Of a stretch of 64,000 nucleotides of DNA, positions 25,908 to 39,689 are shown piece by piece. The number at the start of each line of letters is the position of its first letter. Positions within the stretch are counted from its first letter, which is position 1. Under the pieces are notes generated by a model that saw only the letters and a list, made by a program, of their open reading frames with translations, had not been told where the DNA came from and made no database searches. This stretch comes from Isurus oxyrinchus (lineage: Eukaryota). Location: positions 41,168,001 to 41,232,000 of the forward strand of contig JANJGN010000010.1 of NCBI GenBank assembly GCA_026770705.1. The letters run 5' to 3'. A program made the translations under genes and the position numbers.

Positions 25908-28246
25908 GTGAGTACCGAAATGGCACTTACTCCTTAAAAAGACAAGTTGGATAAACAGGAGCCATAGACTGATTGTCACTTTTGAAATGAAGGGCTGGCT
26001 TTTCGTTACTGAGGCAAGTAACTTATGTTGGGAAGTTTCTGGACTTGGTGGGACTTGCCTCGCCATAAAGGGCCCCGTTACACACTGTCTTCATTCCAGG
26101 GAGGCAGGGGCATAAATGAGTCAGGTCTGCTGCCTCCAGAGGCAATTCATAGGTGGCCACAGAGGTGGGTGAGTGCCAAGGTGGGCTGGTTACATAAGGC
26201 CCACCTCAGTTCTCTGAGACTTCGGCCCAATTTTACAAAAGGCTGTTAAGCCCTCTAAACCCCATGCCCCCTGCCTCCCTATGTCCCCTTCACAGCCACT
26301 CAGTCGGTATCAATTTTGGTCAGACCTCAGCAACCATATAGAAATGGAAAAAACATTAAACTTCTAACAGTCTAATTGAGCTCTCACTCATACATGTTCA
26401 ATACAGAAAAGAACTCTCATTCATGAAACCCGTTCAAAGATTTTAAATCCCCCCAATCTGCTCAGCAGCTACATCAAAGACAGCTAATCCTTTAATCGTT
26501 TCTTAAAACTGCCAATCAAAATGTGAACACAGACCCCCCCAAGAAGTGTTTTTTTTTACTTTTTGAAACTCAGCCAAACATTCATAACAGGCTCAGTTGT
26601 AATAACAGCCCTTGGGAATGCTAACCATAAAGTCTATTGAAACTACAGGAATAGATTCTTTTGGTTGTTTTCTGAACTACACCAGATGGCCTGTCAATCA
26701 ATTCATTCCAACAGCATGTTTTTTCTTCTATGCTAATGGACATCTGCAGTCTAGTTTTCTTTTATTTTTAAAGGGCTAGGGATTTAAATAACTTCAGATC
26801 ATGACACTTAAACAGATTTTATCCACATTTGCATCTCCTCCATAAATTCATGACTCCCATACTGCCATTTAAGGCCCTTGGAACAGTAAAAATGATTAAA
26901 CTCGTGGCTAATTTCAAATTGGCCAGCAGATTCATGTTTCCCACCTGTCTGATTCATGCCAACCCTGTTTCCCCTTGCAAAATCTGCAAATATCTGGCCC
27001 TAGTTGTTACTTGATGTAATGTCTGTCAACTCCATCCCTGTCAACGGTGATATTCAAATACAATGGTGATTTAGAATCTTTTATTTTCCATCCATTCTAG
27101 TGGTTTATAAGTATGAAACCTCATCAATATTATAATAATTGACAAATTAATTTGTTTGTGTGCACTCTCCTAGTGGCTCAGAGGGAAGTGTGTCACCTTG
27201 TGCTCTGTAGGTTGGAAGGAAAAAGTAAGCCAGGGCAACTACTTTTGATCACTATTCAGTAGCCATCTCCCTCAGAAGTGGTGGTCAGATAGATAACAAG
27301 AGTCTGCAACCTATGTTTACACATGAACACTGGGCTGAAATCCTGGGGGTTTGCTGGAGCATGGGGAGCCGTATGCTGGAGTAGTTTCAAGGGAAGAGAA
27401 GATAGAAAATTGGAGAGGGGAGAGAACAGCAAAAACTACAAATTAATTCAGCAGTTCATTTTACGTAAACAGATGATATTGATTGCTGACCTGTCTCTGT
27501 TAAATAGACATTGCTAAACTAATGGCATGAGTAGGTCTGCTGCTACCATTACTATGCTAGTGTTTAATTCATGTGAATGATTTGTAGAATACATAATACA
27601 TTGATAGTATATAACAGTAACATTTAATTAGAAAGGGAAGGTGAGTTCTAATCTGCTATTACTGTTAAGTGTTTAATAGAATGTGTTTTTACATTTTTCT
27701 AATTTATATTTGATTTTATCAATGAAAATCTATTTTAACTCTAGCCTGGTTGCTATTTGAATATGCATCTCAAAACTTTTAAATACTTTCGTTGAACTGG
27801 AAAAATAATCTTTTTGTTTGGGAGACGCAGAGGAAATCAGCCAGAGTTTCACCTTCTGATTGATATCAAATAGCAACTTTTGCAAAGTACTTATGGTATT
27901 TATGGTTGCGAGTGATAGAATATGTTTTGATGGTCTCCATGTTTAAATAGTCTACCTACATTCACTGTCTAGTCATGTGTAGCTGAGGTATGGGATGGCT
28001 GCTGGGCCCATAGAATCATACCCTGGGATGATTCACTAACCTCAGTATATGAGGAGCTAATTAGGGGGAAATATAGAAGAGTCAACTTTTATGCCTTGAT
28101 GAAAATTTGTCTTGGTAAAACTAAGTGTGCTGCCGTGTTTTGGTAAAGTTGTTGAAAGATTTTCACCCTGTGAATGTAATAAAGTCTGTAAACGTGAAGT
28201 AAATGAAAAGAAATGATGACTTTGTAATTTGTTTTGAACTACACAG

Positions 28247-28347
28247 ACAGCAGAGAGGAAACAGTGTTGGGCAGCATTCCTTTGCCTAGTTATGTAATCG
28301 CACCAGTTGAACCTGAAGATCATATAAGTCGCAAATATGCTTTCAAG
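28247..28347 (+). CDS. PLEKHA7: PLEKHA7 coding exon, PH domain (DSREETVLGSIPLPSYVIAPVEPEDHISRKYAFK)
   Basis: acacAG acceptor and AAG|GTac donor; 101 nt, phase 1/0, in frame with both neighbours. Lies within ORF 28234-28476. Confidence 0.95.
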
Positions 28348-29701
28348 GTACGACTCTGCAATAAATTTAGCATGTACAGAGATTTAAAAGCTCTAATTGG
28401 TCAAGAATTTAGTAAAGCTATTAGTTACAGTGTTACATATAAACATAAAAGTAGATTTGAAAGAGCTCACAGTTAATTTTCCCATTGTGGTACTGAACCA
28501 TACAGATGAATAACTACTATTGATGCCCAAAATGTGCTCCTACTGGTGCAGGCATTGACTGTGAATATTTAATCAGGTGAACTCTTCTTGACCTCAAATA
28601 CTCTTGAGGGGTCAAGAAGTGGAGATCATCTGACATTTGGGCCAGAAAGTCAGGCCCATGGATTTTAAGCCCTGGATCTCGCTGATAGAACAATCAAATG
28701 AATGAAGCAAAATCAGAATCAGCTATTTGTCACTACCTTGCATCACTTGAGAAGTTTGCTAGTCATCTGTGTGAATGCTGAAAACAGGAGACTACCATCA
28801 TGAGTATGACTTAAATCTTGTATTGCTCTTGATGTTGACATTTACATTATAATCATTAGAAATTAGCATTAAATTGTTGTCTCCAGATTGTAAGATATTT
28901 CTAAATAGTAACTGGAAATACTGAGAGCATTTAAACTTTGCGAGAATGAAATTGAGTGATTCTAATCATTATTGTTGGTTAGTTATTGATTAATTGTTTG
29001 GTACAATTTGCCAATAGCTATTAGTTTTCCAGTGCTCTGACTGAGGCACAAGCTAAAATAAAGCATGAGTCACTACATTCCCTATTTCTGATTGGCTAGC
29101 TCACTATAATATTATTGGTCTGTTTTGAGCTTATAAACACTGACCTATTTAAAACTGTACAATTCTAACTAGTCACAATCTCTTAGTGTCGAGTTATCTT
29201 GACTTAGTTTTCTGTTTGGCTCATTATATTCATTGCATAAAAGGAGCTACAGCTCTGAACTTTCAAAAGTGTTGAACAGATGTTTCAAATGAAATATTTA
29301 ATAGCATTAATGTTCTTGTTAATAATTAATCTGGTGGCTTGAAGACATACTGTTATCATATAACATCTGGATCTAGATTTCATATAATTGATGGGGTTAT
29401 TCAATGACAGATGATCTTGTCCATCCAGCCCAATTGTCTTACCTGTGCATCAAATATAAAGTCTCCCCAACCCATTCAAAATCATGTGATCTCCTAGGAA
29501 AGGTGAACAAACATGTTTGAAACCCGAACAAACCTGAGAACTTACTCTCTTCCTGCCGCCATCCCCCCCATCCAATCACAACTGTAGTCTGGAAGACCGC
29601 CTGGCCCTGAATTCATTGCATTAGTTACCTTTTGTACGAACTGATCTCTGCCCAACCACAAACAGGTCCAGCTCTCACTTGAGAACTGGAATCTGCACCA
29701 T

Positions 29702-30334
29702 GGCCTGAATTTTTCAGGCGGTGGGCGGGCTCGGCAGGAACAGGCAGGGGAAGTCGCGGAGCCAATCACCGCCTTTGATCAACTTCGCGCTGCCATTTTA
29801 TGTGGGCAGACCAATTAAGGCCCACCCAGCATAAGACACAGCCAGTAGCGCTCAGTGCTACCTGTGCAGGTGGGGAGAGGAGGGAGAGTCGGGGCCGTGA
29901 CTCATGGAGCTGCCTCAGAGAGATTGAAGGGCTTCTTAATTATGAAGTGAAAGGTTTATAAATTTATTTAAATATCCCCTCATGTAACTGTCACATGAGA
30001 TGGGACATATTTTTATATGTATGAAATTTTAAAAATTTATTTAATAAAAGCTTTAGGAAACCTCGTCCCGTTCGTGGATGAGGTTTCCTAAAAAATGCGA
30101 AGGCCGCTTGGCCTTTGCACCTGCCCGCCAACCTTAAGGTTGGATGGACAGCGTTTACAATAATCTTAATTAGTTCCTTAATGGCCTTAACAGGCTGTTC
30201 ATATATCAGCGGGCACGCAGCCAACTCCAGCAGGTGCCCACCAAATGAAACATCGCAACTCGGCGCAATGACATGTCATTTTATGCGTCAGTGTGTCGGG
30301 CCAGTCCCCGCTTGCTGACTGAAAAATTCTGCCC
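29702..30334. mobile_element. Non-autonomous DNA transposon (PIF/Harbinger-like MITE), copy 2
   Basis: TIRs GGCCTGAATTTTTCAG / CTGAAAAATTCTGCCC; homologous to 11549-12134, including the internal hairpin. Confidence 0.75.
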
Positions 30335-30379
30335 CAAGAGACAACAATTTTTCTAGAGGTCTGCTATTCTTTGGTAAAA

Positions 30380-31130
30380 GAACCATCTCCTGATATTTAG
30401 CCTAGTTGTGGCCTTATACAACTTAAAATTGTAATCCCTGGTCCTCCCTAACTCAGTTAATTGCGACAGTTAACTTGAATGCAATCTATTCTCTTAATCA
30501 TCTTGTAAACCTTAATCAGTTTTCCCCTAAATCTATAATTCTCAAAATGAGCCCCAGCTCATTTAGCCTATCTTAATAACTAAGTCACTTTAAACAGAGA
30601 ATTAGCCTAGTTATCCTCCTTTGGACCTTTTACAAAGCCTCAATATCACCCGCCATGTGAGGAGAAAGAAACTGGACCGTTTTCTTCCTGACCAAATAAG
30701 ATTTTGTACAAAAATAAAGCAATACGTTTTGTCTTGTAGTCAACTGTTCCATAAATACATCCAGCACCATATTCACTCTAGCTATTGCTTCATTGCATTG
30801 TATATTAGATTTATGCATGAAAGTAACTACATTTCCTCCTTTCTCCACTACTTTAATGCTTTTCCCTGAAGAGCATATGTATGTTCAGCATACACCTTGC
30901 CCACCTTCCAAGTTAAGCATCATTTGTCAGCCGTGAACCTAATTCCTCAACACATCAAAATCCATATGAAGCAGTTGAACATTTGCTGTCCTGCACTTGC
31001 ACAAATCTTAGTATCTTCTGAAAATTTTGCAAATCATGCCCCCAAACACCAATGTCTAGATCATTGACAAAGATGTTAGAGAAACACAGCAATATTTTTG
31101 CTGCCCAACATAGGCAGTATTCCAAAACAA
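30380..31130 (-). mobile_element. Decayed CR1-type LINE fragment
   Basis: Minus-strand remnants IFVNDLDIG and 3'-end-like sequence. Confidence 0.5.
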
Positions 31131-34100
31131 TTAACAATCACATCTATACTTATGTTATTAAGTGTAAACTTGCCATTAGGCTCCACACCATTATTACTTG
31201 CTGAGTAATGCAGCCCACAATTCCCAACAATGTGCCATGGAGTTATGGGCTTTAGCCCTGCACCTGCAGTTCTCTACATACTGAGCTCCTGCTTCATTGC
31301 TCTATGGAGGTCAGGGACATCCCACAGGGGAAGGAAAAGGAAGCCATTCGTTTTACTTGAACTTTTGGCCCTTTGAAATTGCCTTGTTTTCTCTAATTAG
31401 GCAACAAGACAAGGAGAGGGAGCAGAATTGAGTCGCTGCTCTGGCAGTCACCCCAAATTTGAACAGGGTTGTGAAGCAGAAGACTGCCAAGGACTACCAC
31501 TAAAGGATCATAAGTGACATTTAGGTGATTGCATGAGCACCATTGTCCTACATAATGCAATGTCACCAACAATGTATAAAGATAAAACGAAGTGACCCCA
31601 TAATAGCTTTTCCTAAGAATCAAAGTCTGTTGAGTAACAAGTGTGTACATTAGCTGAAATTATATTCAAGTAATTATAGTAGTAGTTAGAGAATCTACAA
31701 CTAAATCCTTTACCATGAATAACAAACTTAACGACCATAACCTGTTGGAGCAGATAGTATCCTATAACAATGCTGATGAGTATCCTGAGTGCAGGGTTTA
31801 TAAATTCCATACGTGCGTTATTCTCTGTAGAGACAGCATGCTTCTGGCTAACAAAAAGTCCAACATTGGAAGTGTTACTTCTTGAAGTGATTGCTTTAAG
31901 TTGTAATTATATAATCATGTATTTATCTTTTGCAGTAATTGAACAGCAACAACAACTGACATTGTTATAGCATCTTTAACCTAGTAAAATGTCCCAAGTT
32001 ACTTCACGAAGCATTATCCAACAAAATTTGACTGCCCCATATAGAGATATTAGGGCAGATGATAAAAAGGCTTGTACGATTTCCATGGAGCCCAATAACT
32101 TTTAAAGGGAATTTCAAACTTTCAGTTAACAGCTGAAAGAATAATGCATCAAGATTTCATGTTTTAAAACACTTACTGCACCAAATAACTAAAACATTAT
32201 TAACTAAACACTCTTCATTTGTAGGCAGCTCCTACTTTAAACAGTACAAATAATTGGTTTCTTTTTACTTACCTTGCATGGCACTCTCCATGGATTACAG
32301 TTCTTATTGTAAACTGTTCACAGGTACTCCCAGCTTCCAATGGGTTGCTTCTTTTTAACTTTGCTAGCTGGGTTACCTAATCCCAAAACCATCTCTTACC
32401 TTGAGGGTTACACAGTAAAATTCTTCCTGTAGCTTCAAGCTAGGCAAGTCTTCCAGCCTATTTTCATTCTTCACAAACTTCATCTTCAATCTGTGAACTC
32501 CCACCCATGTTCTGAGTGATGAGCAATTGAATCAGCATTTTCTGTGCTTAAGGTGCAGGCCTGGCTGATTCTATCACTTGCTCTCTACCTTTCATTTGAC
32601 TGCAGATCACACAAGATCAAAATTTGATGTGCCTATGTTTACAGGGAAGTCAGTAACCTCATCTCAACATGGCTTCCTCATCCTCTCCCCTATGGCAATG
32701 GGAAAAAAATTAGCTGTGTATCTAAGTGGAAATGTTAATTAGTTATTTTCAATCCCAACTCCCTTTCATCTTAGAGGTAAAGGGATAGTTTACAGCACAA
32801 TTGTTTACCACTTAATACCTACAGTTGCTACAGAACTTAAATATTGTTGAAAAGCGAGGCATGTTGCCAAAGCTTTTCGTCTTGTACTCAGGACAAATGC
32901 AAAAATACCAACCTTCAAATATCCATAACAATATACAGTACAGGAGAAAAAGATGCAGACTGGTTGACAAGTCAGCTCTGGTCGAGCTGTTGCCATGGAG
33001 AAAGCAATGGGAAACTATAGGCTCCCCCAAGCTTCTGGGTAATTCAAAAAAGGTGCAAAGGTTTGAACATAAAAATGTTCAAATATATATAAACAAGGTA
33101 GCTGGCAGAAGCTTGAAATTGGGGCTAAAAGACATTTAGCAATACAGAATACAGAAAGCTATATCCTTTATTTAACTGCTGTCCTTGACTTAATGTGTTT
33201 GATGCTGATACTGCTGTCTGAAATTAGGAACGTATTTCCTTCCCTTGTGAGCACAAAATTTATAAAACAGATAATATTGAAAACCCCAAAGAGCAGCAGG
33301 AACATGGAGATGAATAAGTGGAACTCTAACATATTAAGAATAATTAAGAAATGGCCAGACACATTGGGAGGAAACGTCCAAGACCGAAACATACCTGAAA
33401 TCTTTAATGCTTTGATAAACAGTTTTGATCATAAACTTAGCTGTTAGAGTTGGGTTTGGTCCAAATGAACAGAAGGAGCTTCAGCTTCTAGGGCAGCCAA
33501 ATCTCTTGGAAAAGTGTTTCCTGGTAAACCAAAAGAAGTCTGCTATGCAGCTCAGTCTATTTGTTCCTAATAATTTATAATCCACAACGCCTTATTTGGT
33601 TAGCCTTGCAATAGACATATGTTCAGGATGACTACTATAAATCAAAATTTATTACCCCAGTTTTTCTACTGAGTTAAGTTGGTATCAAAGATTTTGTGTT
33701 TGCAGGTAGTTACAAACTGGGTGAATGTGGTTTAGATGTTAGCACCAGTCCATTACATCTCTCCAGCAGTTTGTTCCCACACGGTGTGTGCGTTGGGCTG
33801 ATGACTTAGTGCTGCAGGGTGCATTACCTAGACTGGGCAGAGGGCAATGTGAATCTTACAAAATGTCATAAAGTTTGAATCATTCTGATTACAATCAGCT
33901 GTATTAGTTTAATGTATGCAGGGTCAAAGGTGGGACAATTAAAATTGTACTTTTGGATTTCTTTTTAAACTAAAGCTGAAAATCTATGATGGGTTGTGTT
34001 TATTTTGAAGGACTTACATAGGAACAAAAGCAAGCCATTGAGCCCCTCATCTTGGGTGCTGGCAATCAAGTATCCTGAATTAGTAATTTCTAACTGAGGT

Positions 34101-36648
34101 GGAGATGACCCTTTTGAACTCATGCTGGCATTCCATTAGAATACTTATTCAGCAATTTTACTCAGTTTGTTAAGTGAATGTTTGGATCCTGCACATCAGA
34201 TTAAGCAGATTTCATTGTTGATAACTGGCCATTATGTCTGGAATGACAAAGGCAATAAATAAGTAGTTTCTCATCAGCATTTCTTCTTTTTAAAGGGAAG
34301 AAGGGAGGGAAATAGTTTAATTTAGGAAACATATACGGTGGCTAAAACAAGAGGTCATGGCAATATAATTTAGCCTTAAAGATTGAAACAGGACAGTGAA
34401 TCTATTTACAGTTTGGAGCTTGTGTATTTTTCATACTGCACCACATTGAGTAGATTTTAGAAATCTAATCTGTAATTTGAGTGATTAAAATTGCTTTGAT
34501 CTGTGCAAATGTAGTTAAAAAAAATAATCATGCTCAGTCCAAAGAAATATTTAAAATATTAAATTTATAACAACATTAGCAGGGACAGCTCGAACACAAT
34601 TGACTGCTGACCTGGGTTGTAATTTTCTGAATGGTTGTCAGTTCACGTTAACAATTTCCACTGTGGAGCTTAGTTTTAACGCTGTGTGATTACGCGACAA
34701 GCTCCAATTGTTGGACAGGGGAACGGAACATTGCTGCAGTCCAAGCTGTAACAATGGGGTGAGGTGGCTGCCAGTGGTACGTGTTCAATAAGTACACATT
34801 ACAGACCAACTTACTAAATGATGTGCAGGAAGAAATTTCAAAGCCAAAGACAACAGTGTAAAAGCAACCTATTAGGAAATGAAAAGACCATTACCATTGT
34901 CGGTGGGGATACAAATGTCTTGTGCAGTATTTATTACATCATTGTTGTAGTTTGGCTCAGCTTGTAATGTCGCGGTGAAGGCTCATCAAATATTGAACAC
35001 AAACAGTGAATGTTATTATCACAAGTAGTGGATGTCAGCAGAAGGCATGGAGCAGGTAAGCAAAGAAACGGCTAGAAATTTCCTTGGTGGTTTGAACTTA
35101 TTCCTGAGGGCAAAGTGATGTTTATGCACTGCACATTGTGTTGCTTTCAGTAGGTTTTTATTGATTTAAAATATCAATGATTTTTTTCCTTATTGCTACT
35201 AACAGGCCTTCAGTGAAACAAATGGTTTCCCCCTCTTTAAAGCTAATTCCTGCCAGGGTACAGTTCCAAGGGTGCCAGCAAAGCTCCAGTATGTCCAGTA
35301 TGAGTGCCCGTTCGCTATATGTTGGATGGCTACTTGATCATGGAGGACAACAGCCAAGCCTCCTCTTGCCCTCACCAGCATCCACACATATGTTGCTAGG
35401 ATTTATCAGATTGCAATTAGAGGCCCTGGCAATTTTTTTTTCCAATCTTCAGTATTTTGAAATGAGCTGCAGTTTTGTTCAATATTTATTTTTTGACTTC
35501 AAATTGAATTTACATTGATCTACAAAGTTCAGATCAAATAAACATTAATAAATTAGTTGCCCTTCCTTTCCTCCGCCCCAGCTTAGAGCTGTCTTCATAT
35601 CAGATGAAAAGAAGTGTGAAAATTAGATGCATGATTTCAATTTGACAGAATTTATTTGTAGCAATGAATGTAAGTGTATTGGAAATTCACAACAAATGTC
35701 TATAATTTTATTCTGATATAGTTGTAGGTTATGGAAAAGCTTTCACAAAATGAATGCCTTCTATGGTTGATTTAGTTAGTTTTGTAAGTAACCATTGTGT
35801 CAATTATTTGTATTTTTAGAAATAAAACGAAGATACACAAGGGAGTAGCTGAGGGATGTTCAGGTTCTCTGCCTGTTACCGTGCAATTAATTTATCTCAT
35901 TTCTTCTGGAGCCCATATTTATGGAGCCTTTAGTAGTAGGTTGTTTACAAATCAGATGAAAAGATAACATCTGTGGCTGCAGGGATCTTGGACTTGGAAG
36001 AGCAGTAAGTAGAATTAGTATGGGTGGAGGGAAAAAAGAACCAGGTCAGAATATGCTGGTGGGAGTATTTTTTTTGCTTCCAACTCCCTAACAGTGCATA
36101 TAAGTGTTGGGCATAGTATTAATGAAGAAATAAAAGGAATTTGTAATAAAGACAATGTTATAATCATGGGAGATTTTATTTTATAGAATGAACAAATCAG
36201 ATTGCCAAAAGTTGTTTTGATGATGAGTTTATGGAATACATTCGAGACAGTTTCCTAGAACAAGATATTATGGAACCAACCAGGGAGGAGGCGCTTTTTT
36301 TTAAATCTTGATTTGTGTAATGCAACAGAGTTAATTAGTAAACTCATAGTAAAGAATCCTTTGGGAAAGAATGATCATAATTTGATAGAATTTCACATCG
36401 GGTTGAGAATGATGTACCTAACTCCAAAATTTGAGTACTGAACTTAAATAAATGCAATTACGTAGGTCTTTGGGACATATTAGTTAAAGTGGATTGAGAA
36501 ATTAGATTGAAAGTTACAACAAGATGAGCAATGGTGAACAAGTGTAGGTGTTTTTCATAATTCTCAACAAGTCTGTTTTCCATTGAAAAATAAAAGCTCC
36601 ACAGGAAAAGCGATCCATCCTTGGTGAAGTAAATAGCTTAAGTATAGT

Positions 36649-38853
36649 TTAAGTAAATAGCCTTAAGTATAAGTATATAGCCATTGTTTCCAGGACTGTT
36701 ACTGATCTCATCTCCTCTGGAGATCTTCCTTCCTCAGCTTCCAACCTGATAGTCTCCCAAGCTCAGATGGCCTGCTTCTACCTCCTACCCAAAATCCACA
36801 AACAGGACTGTCCCGGCAGACCGATTGTGTCAACCTGTTCCTGCCCCACGGAACTCATTTCTTGCTATCTTGATTCCATTCTCTCTCCCCTTGTCCAGTC
36901 CCTTCCCACCTACATCAGTGATTCCTCTGACACCTACATCATATCAACAATTTCCAGTTCCCTGGCCCCAACCGCCTCCTCTTCACCATGGACGTCCAAT
37001 CCGTCTAGAGCTCCATCCCCCACCGGGATGGTCTGATGGCTCTCTGCTTCTTCCTTGAACAGATGCCCAAACAATCCCCATCCACCATTACTCTCCGTCT
37101 GGCTGAACTTGTTCTCACACTGAACAATTTCTCCTTAAACTCCTCTCACTTCCTCCAAATAAAAGGTGTGGTTATGGGTACCCACATGGGCCCCAGTTAT
37201 GCCTGTCTCTTTATGGGGTATGTGGAACATTCCTTGTTCCAGTCCGACTCCTGCCCCCTCCCAGAACTCTTTCTCCGGTACATCGATGATTGCTTCGGTG
37301 CTGCTTCATGCTCTCGTCTGGACCTGGAAAAATTTATTAATTTTGCTTCCAATTTCCACCCCTCCATCATTTTCACATGTTCCATCTCTGACACTTCCCT
37401 TCCCTTCCTTGACCTCTCTGTCTCAATTTCTGGTGATAGACTGTCCACCAATATCCATTACAAGCCTACAGACTCCCACAGCTACCTCGACTACAGCTCC
37501 TCACACCTAACTTCCTGTAAGGACTCCATCCCATTCTCTTAGTTCCTTTGCCTCCATCGCATCTGTTCTGATGATGCCACTTTCAAAAACAGCTCCTCTG
37601 ACATGTCTTCCTTCTTCCTTAACCGAGATTTTCCACCCATGGTGGTTGACAGGGCCCTCAACAGTGTCCAGCACACCTCCCGTGCATCCACCCTCACAGC
37701 TTCCTCTTCCTCCCAGAAACATGATAGGATCCCCCTTGTCCTCACATCACCCCACCAGCCTTCGCATTCAAAGGATCATCCTCCACCATTTCTACCAACA
37801 CCATGATGCCAGCACCAAACACATCTTCCCTTCACCCCCTGGCGGCATTCCGCAAGGATCATTCCCTCCGGGACATCCTGCTCCACTCCTCCATCACCCC
37901 CTATACCTCAACCCCGTCCCACGGCACCTTCCCATGCAACCACAGAAGATGCAAAACCTGCCCCTTTACTTACCCTCTCCTCACCGTCCAAGGGCCCAAA
38001 CACACCTTTCAAGTGAAGCAGCATCTCACTTGCACTTCCCTCAATTTAGTCTACTGCATTTGTTGCTCCCAATGCGGTTTCCTCTACATTGGAGAGACCA
38101 AATGCAGACTGGGTGACCGCTTTGCAGAACACCTGCGGTCTGTCCGCAAGCATTACCCAGACCTCCCTGTCGCTTACCATTTCAACACTCCACTCTGCTC
38201 TCATGCCCACATGTCCATCCTTGACCTGCTGCATTGTTCCAGTGAAGCTCAACGCAAACTGGAGGAACAGCACCTCATTTTCCGACTAAGCACTTTACAG
38301 CCTTCTGGACTGAATATTGAGTTCAACAATTTTAGATCATGAATTCTCTCCTCCATCCCACCCCCTTTCTGATCACCCCTTTTTTTCCAGTAATTTATAT
38401 AGATTTTTCTTTTCCCACCTATTTCCATTATTTTTAAATGTTTTCCTTCCATTGTTTTATCCCTACCTTTTAGCCTATTTCGATTCCTTCACCCCACCCC
38501 ATCCCCACTAGGGTTATCTGTACCTTGCTTGTCCTGCTTTCTACCCTTAATTAGCTCATTCCTTAGATAATATCACCACCGTCAACTCTTCTTTGTCCTT
38601 TTATCTAAGACATCGTTTGGCTATCTCCACCTATCACTGGCCCTCTATCCAGCTCTACCTCTCCCACCCACCCACCCCCCTTAAACCAGCTTATATTTCA
38701 CCTCTCTTCTATTTTTACTTAGTTCTGTTGAAGAGTCATACGGACTCGAAACGTTAACTGTGTTCCTCTCCACAGATGTTGCCATAGCTGCTGAGTTTTT
38801 CCAGGTATTTTTATTTTTGTTTTGGATTTCCAGCATCCGCAGTTTTTTGCTTT
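36649..38853 (+). mobile_element. 5'-truncated Penelope-like retroelement (RT + GIY-YIG endonuclease, frameshifted) with terminal repeat
   Basis: FYLLPKIHK..PGRPIVS, QIKGVVMGTHMGPSYACLFMG, RYIDD, YKPTDSHSYLDY and VYCICCSQCGFLYIGETKCRLGDRFAEH. 15-bp TSD TAGCTTAAGTATAGT (36634-36648, 38854-38868). Confidence 0.95.
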
Positions 38854-39689
38854 TAGCTTAAGTATAGTGTCAGGTTAAAAGAAGAGACTTCTAATATTGC
38901 CAAGAAGAGTATTAAATCTGAGGATTGGGAGCATTTGCATATCAGCGTAGGTATTGATAAAGGCAGAGAAAATAGAATCTGAGAGTAAACTAGCCAATGA
39001 GGTCTTCTACAAATATGTAAAAAGGAAGAGTAGTGAAAGTGAATGCGGGCCATATGGGCTGAGACATGAGAAATTATAATCAGGAATTAGAAAATGACAG
39101 ATTTACCATGGGTGTAAGTTCACCTAAGCTGGTGGGTGAAAAGTGGTTCCTGAGCCCACATTTGTCAGCAATGGGACTGTTTTGGCAATTTTACCAGAGG
39201 CAGCCTTCTAATGGACTGCCAGCAGGCCAGCCGCCCAAGTGAGAATGGCAGACAGGAACCTGATGCTGCTGGCCCAATTAGAGGGATAGATGGTCACTGC
39301 TAAGACATTGGGGTGCCTCAAATGAAGATGCTCACAGGCAGCTAATTACAAATGAAAATTTAAGGGGACAGAGGGAAACCCCCTTGCTGGGGCGGGGGTT
39401 GGGGGGGTGGGTGGGGGGAGGGTGGTGTGGGGTGGCAGGGCAGTGTGGAGGGACAAGATTGTTGGGGCTGCAGGGTCTGCCTATGGCTCTATTGGCCCCC
39501 AGGCTGCCTCCATGAAACTGGCGACCTCCCCATGTGATAATGGGCCACCCCATCATCGCCAAAATGTCAGTACTTTTCCAGTCCACTGCTGAAGATAGGC
39601 AGTACTGTACATGGAAGCACAAAATTACAAAGAACTATTGATAGATTAAGCGATCGGGCAAAATTGTAGTAAATGGACTTCTATTCATC

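Noticed and set aside
32073-32830. Possible additional solo LTR interrupting an L2 tail
   Set aside because: TGTA..TACA ends are possible, but no TSD or second copy could be established.
36767-38342. RT + GIY-YIG ORFs as a novel RT/nuclease system or host gene
   Set aside because: This is the standard Penelope-like architecture. The copy is 5'-truncated with frameshifts and stops, so it is non-functional.
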